Shown here: positions 24,811 to 27,163 of the stretch, piece after piece | Numbering within the stretch: position 1 is the stretch's first letter | How the letters are laid out: each line of letters begins with the position of its first letter | DNA from: a virus | Lineage: Duplodnaviria > Caudoviricetes | Reading direction: 5' to 3' (one strand) | DNA length: 27,163 bases | IMG/VR virus record: IMGVR_UViG_3300014720_000151 | Span: 1 to 27,163 of that record | The notes under the pieces: generated by a model | What the model was told of the DNA's origin: nothing | Databases searched by the model: none | Seen by the model: the letters and a program-made list of their open reading frames with translations, nothing else | Translations under genes and position numbers: made by a program

Positions 24811-25200
24811 TTGAAGACACAACTTGTTTGCACTTTCACAAAAAAGTATGAGTTAGACAAAGTAATAGACGATATAAAGACAAACTTTTCAGTATTAAAC
24901 AATAAAATTTTTATTTTCAAGTCATTTGAAATAAAAGATGATTGTATTCTGTCATATAACATAATCATGGACAGTTACAAGAAATTTCTACCAAATTCAA
25001 TAATGGTTCATCAAAAGCGTGAGACAAACACAATTTATACGATAAATGCCCTTAACGAATTGATAATGAACTTAAACAACGGTATTCTTGATAAAAAATA
25101 TCCTATTGAATGGGAACGATACAGAAATTGTGCACTCCTAAAAAATAAAGAAGGATTCCGTGTTGTTAAGATTTTTCTTGTCAAAGTTCAAACTTTTTGA
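24811..25200 (+). CDS. Hypothetical phage protein (129 aa)
   Basis: TTG start after GAGAGAG. Globular-looking sequence 'QLVCTFT...SYNI...HQKRETNTIYTINALN...NNGILDKKYPIEWERY'. Confidence 0.8.
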   Translation: MKTQLVCTFTKKYELDKVIDDIKTNFSVLNNKIFIFKSFEIKDDCILSYNIIMDSYKKFLPNSIMVHQKRETNTIYTINALNELIMNLNNGILDKKYPIEWERYRNCALLKNKEGFRVVKIFLVKVQTF

Positions 25201-25207
25201 TATTTAT
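25200..25207 (+). promoter_or_regulatory. ATATTTAT element (putative late promoter)
   Basis: Overlaps the TGA at 25200, before the 109-aa gene. Confidence 0.65.
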
Positions 25208-25230
25208 TTAGTACTGTTGGATATACATAA

Positions 25231-25560
25231 ATGAAAACTATTATGAAAAAATCAATTATTGATGAAATAACAAATAGAGTTATTAAAAAAATTCTTGAAC
25301 AAACCAGTTCCGTTAAAGAAGGAACTGGATTTGATAGCATATTTGAAGAACTTAAAAAGAAACTATCCGATGTTTCTATGTTACCAGATAATATGATTGA
25401 TGCTAGTATGTATAAGGAACATGAGATAGTTGATGCTCTAAAAGAAATTGGCTACATCTATAAAAAACCAATGGGTGGCAAGTTACATTTTTTCAATAAA
25501 GACACAAGTATAAGTGTTTATCTATTACAAAATTCTGGTAAACTAACCCTATTACCGTGA
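25231..25560 (+). CDS. Hypothetical protein, possible capsid-internal protein
   Basis: 109 aa (alternative ATG at 25243) after an ATATTTAT element. Basic N-terminal helix ending 'KKILE'. Confidence 0.7.
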   Translation: MKTIMKKSIIDEITNRVIKKILEQTSSVKEGTGFDSIFEELKKKLSDVSMLPDNMIDASMYKEHEIVDALKEIGYIYKKPMGGKLHFFNKDTSISVYLLQNSGKLTLLP

Positions 25561-25567
25561 GGAATCT

Positions 25568-26212
25568 ATGAAAAAGGTTAAGAAAAAAATAAATGAATCT
25601 ATTACCGAATCTGCAATTAGTCCATTAGGTTATATTGTTTTTATAGATGCTTCAAATTCAATAGAAGGATCTCGCGGTGGATATTTGAAAATGACGTTCC
25701 CATCAGAAACACCAGATGTAATAAAAAATTGGTTTAGTCCATTAGTTAATTCTAAATCATATGACGGTGTAAAGGATAAACTCCAATCAATAGGATCTAG
25801 ATTTTCAAACAATCCATCATTGAAGGCACTATTCAATTCTTTAGCAAAGTTAAAGTCTTCTGCATATTCAGAAGAAGATAAAGAATCACATGAGAATGAT
25901 GTAGAATTGATTATCAAAAGAATAAGCATATACATCAAGAGAAAATTAACTGAAGCAGATATAAAAGTTTTGGAAGAATTGGTTGAGGATATAAATTCTG
26001 TTGTGGAGGATGTATCACAGAAGATAGATGATGAAATTGCAGGACTAGCAGAGCCAACCGAATCTAAACCAGAAGAAGAAGAATCAACTAAAAAGGAAAA
26101 GAAAGAAAAGGAAGAACCAAAGACTGAAATAAAGATCAATGAAAGATTACGTAATAAATTTCGTAAAAAAATAAAAGAGATGGTCAGAAGTTATTTACTG
26201 ACAAAAAAATAA
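25568..26212 (+). CDS. Hypothetical charged protein, possible capsid-internal protein
   Basis: 214 aa with a GAGGA RBS. N-terminus 'MKKVKKKINES', an E/K-rich linker and the C-terminus 'KINERLRNKFRKKIKEMVR'. Confidence 0.75.
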   Translation: MKKVKKKINESITESAISPLGYIVFIDASNSIEGSRGGYLKMTFPSETPDVIKNWFSPLVNSKSYDGVKDKLQSIGSRFSNNPSLKALFNSLAKLKSSAYSEEDKESHENDVELIIKRISIYIKRKLTEADIKVLEELVEDINSVVEDVSQKIDDEIAGLAEPTESKPEEEESTKKEKKEKEEPKTEIKINERLRNKFRKKIKEMVRSYLLTKK

Positions 26213-26221
26213 AATAAAAAT

Positions 26222-27037
26222 ATGCTAAAATTATTAGATATATTGAAAGAAGATAATGCTAAAGATGAATTAAAGAAAATTCTTAAAAAGGATTATGTTT
26301 CATTCGTAAAAGAATTGGGCGATAATATAAACGATCCAAAATTTCTTGATGCTATAAAATCACTTTCAAGTGATATGCCAATCAAAATATCTATGATTGC
26401 TCCTTTATGTGCAGGCCTACAACCAACACAAAATGAAGTTGTTATGGATAAGTCATTGAGTTATCCGTTAAAAGATGCTTCAAGTGCAGATACAATTTTG
26501 AAAGGTGGTGTTGTTTCACCTGCCGGTAAATCAATAGTAACGGCTGGTGGTGGTAAATTTGTTATTGACGGACACCATCGTTGGTCACAAGTATTTTGTA
26601 TAAATCCAGATGCAAAAATATCTGCATTAGACTTGACTGATATTAAAAAACCAATAGAGGCACTTAAAGCCACTCAAATTGGTATTGCTGCTCAAACAGG
26701 TGGAGTGCCAACAGCTGCAGGTGGTGGCGTTAATTTGTTTACGGTTGGCGAAGATGTATTAAAATCATATGTGATGGAAACTATAAAAGAACCTGTTGTA
26801 GAAGTATTTAAGAAATATGGTAAAGGCGATACACCAGAAGCGATTGCGGACTATATTTGGGGTAATGTAGAGACTTTGAAAAACCAAAGTTCACCAGTTG
26901 CGGGTGCACCAGAGCGTGATGTTATGCCACAAACGGATGATGCCCCAGCGTGGACTGATACTACATTTAACGTGGAAAAGATACCAGAAACTATTGTTCG
27001 TAGATTGAAAGAACTTGTAAAATATAATAAAAAATAA
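26222..27037 (+). CDS. ParB/Sulfiredoxin-like domain protein
   Basis: 271 aa with 'LQPTQNEV' and 'FVIDGHHRW', the ParB/Srx-fold signature. N-terminus 'MLKLLDILKE'. Confidence 0.78.
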   Translation: MLKLLDILKEDNAKDELKKILKKDYVSFVKELGDNINDPKFLDAIKSLSSDMPIKISMIAPLCAGLQPTQNEVVMDKSLSYPLKDASSADTILKGGVVSPAGKSIVTAGGGKFVIDGHHRWSQVFCINPDAKISALDLTDIKKPIEALKATQIGIAAQTGGVPTAAGGGVNLFTVGEDVLKSYVMETIKEPVVEVFKKYGKGDTPEAIADYIWGNVETLKNQSSPVAGAPERDVMPQTDDAPAWTDTTFNVEKIPETIVRRLKELVKYNKK

Positions 27038-27048
27038 AATAAAAATTG

Positions 27049-27080
27049 CTTGCTTATTAAACATTAAATTCATATATTAG
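27049..27080 (+). promoter_or_regulatory. Putative host-RNAP promoter for the next gene
   Basis: TTGCTT (27050-27055)-17 nt-TATATT (27073-27078). It also reads as CTTG-20 nt-TATATTAG, a one-mismatch Bacteroidota -7 element. Confidence 0.5.
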
Positions 27081-27152
27081 TATTGTTCTATTAGACATAA
27101 CATTCTTTTAGTAACGATTAAACATTATTTATTACACATTTGGAGAAACATC

Positions 27153-27163
27153 ATGGCTATTAA
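27153..27163 (+). CDS. Start of a gene truncated by the window edge (MAI...)
   Basis: TGGAGA RBS at 27141-27146, then ATG GCT ATT AA. The product cannot be determined. Confidence 0.6.

Noticed and set aside
319-27073. The many minus-strand and nested ORFs in the six-frame track (e.g. 10156..10872, 8980..9462, 20998..21498, 25630..26139)
   Set aside because: They are antisense or out-of-frame shadows of long + strand genes, with no RBS, motif or protein-like composition.
27125-27133. An eleventh ATATTTAT element (TTATTTATT)
   Set aside because: It has a mismatch at the first position and no flanking inverted repeat, and a host-type promoter already lies upstream. Uncertain, so not counted.

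Overview
AT-rich, gene-dense segment of a large contractile-tailed (myovirus-type) phage genome, with all credible genes on the + strand. In order: a 5'-truncated PhoH; neck/head-tail connector genes; a small coiled-coil protein; tail sheath; tail tube; a tail-assembly/baseplate-hub chaperone with a probable programmed frameshift into an overlapping ORF; tape measure; a 2496-aa repeat-rich baseplate-region protein ending in a peptidase-S74-like intramolecular chaperone; LysM/gp53-like wedge and hub-like genes; a protein with a divergent C-terminal duplication; a compact family-A DNA polymerase; and several small proteins, some probably capsid-internal, including a ParB/Srx-like one. Main observations: (i) a recurrent ATATTTAT upstream element, seen 10 times, 9 of them inside short inverted repeats with differing arms; (ii) a +1/-2 slippery site with an SD-like stimulator just before the tape measure gene; (iii) the mosaic giant protein with about 19 copies of a 44-aa repeat; (iv) a 129-bp duplication in which every changed codon is non-synonymous; (v) a Bacteroidota-type host promoter alongside Shine-Dalgarno use. 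Product calls rest on motif recognition and gene order only; no database searches were run. I saw no tRNA, rRNA, CRISPR array or mobile element.
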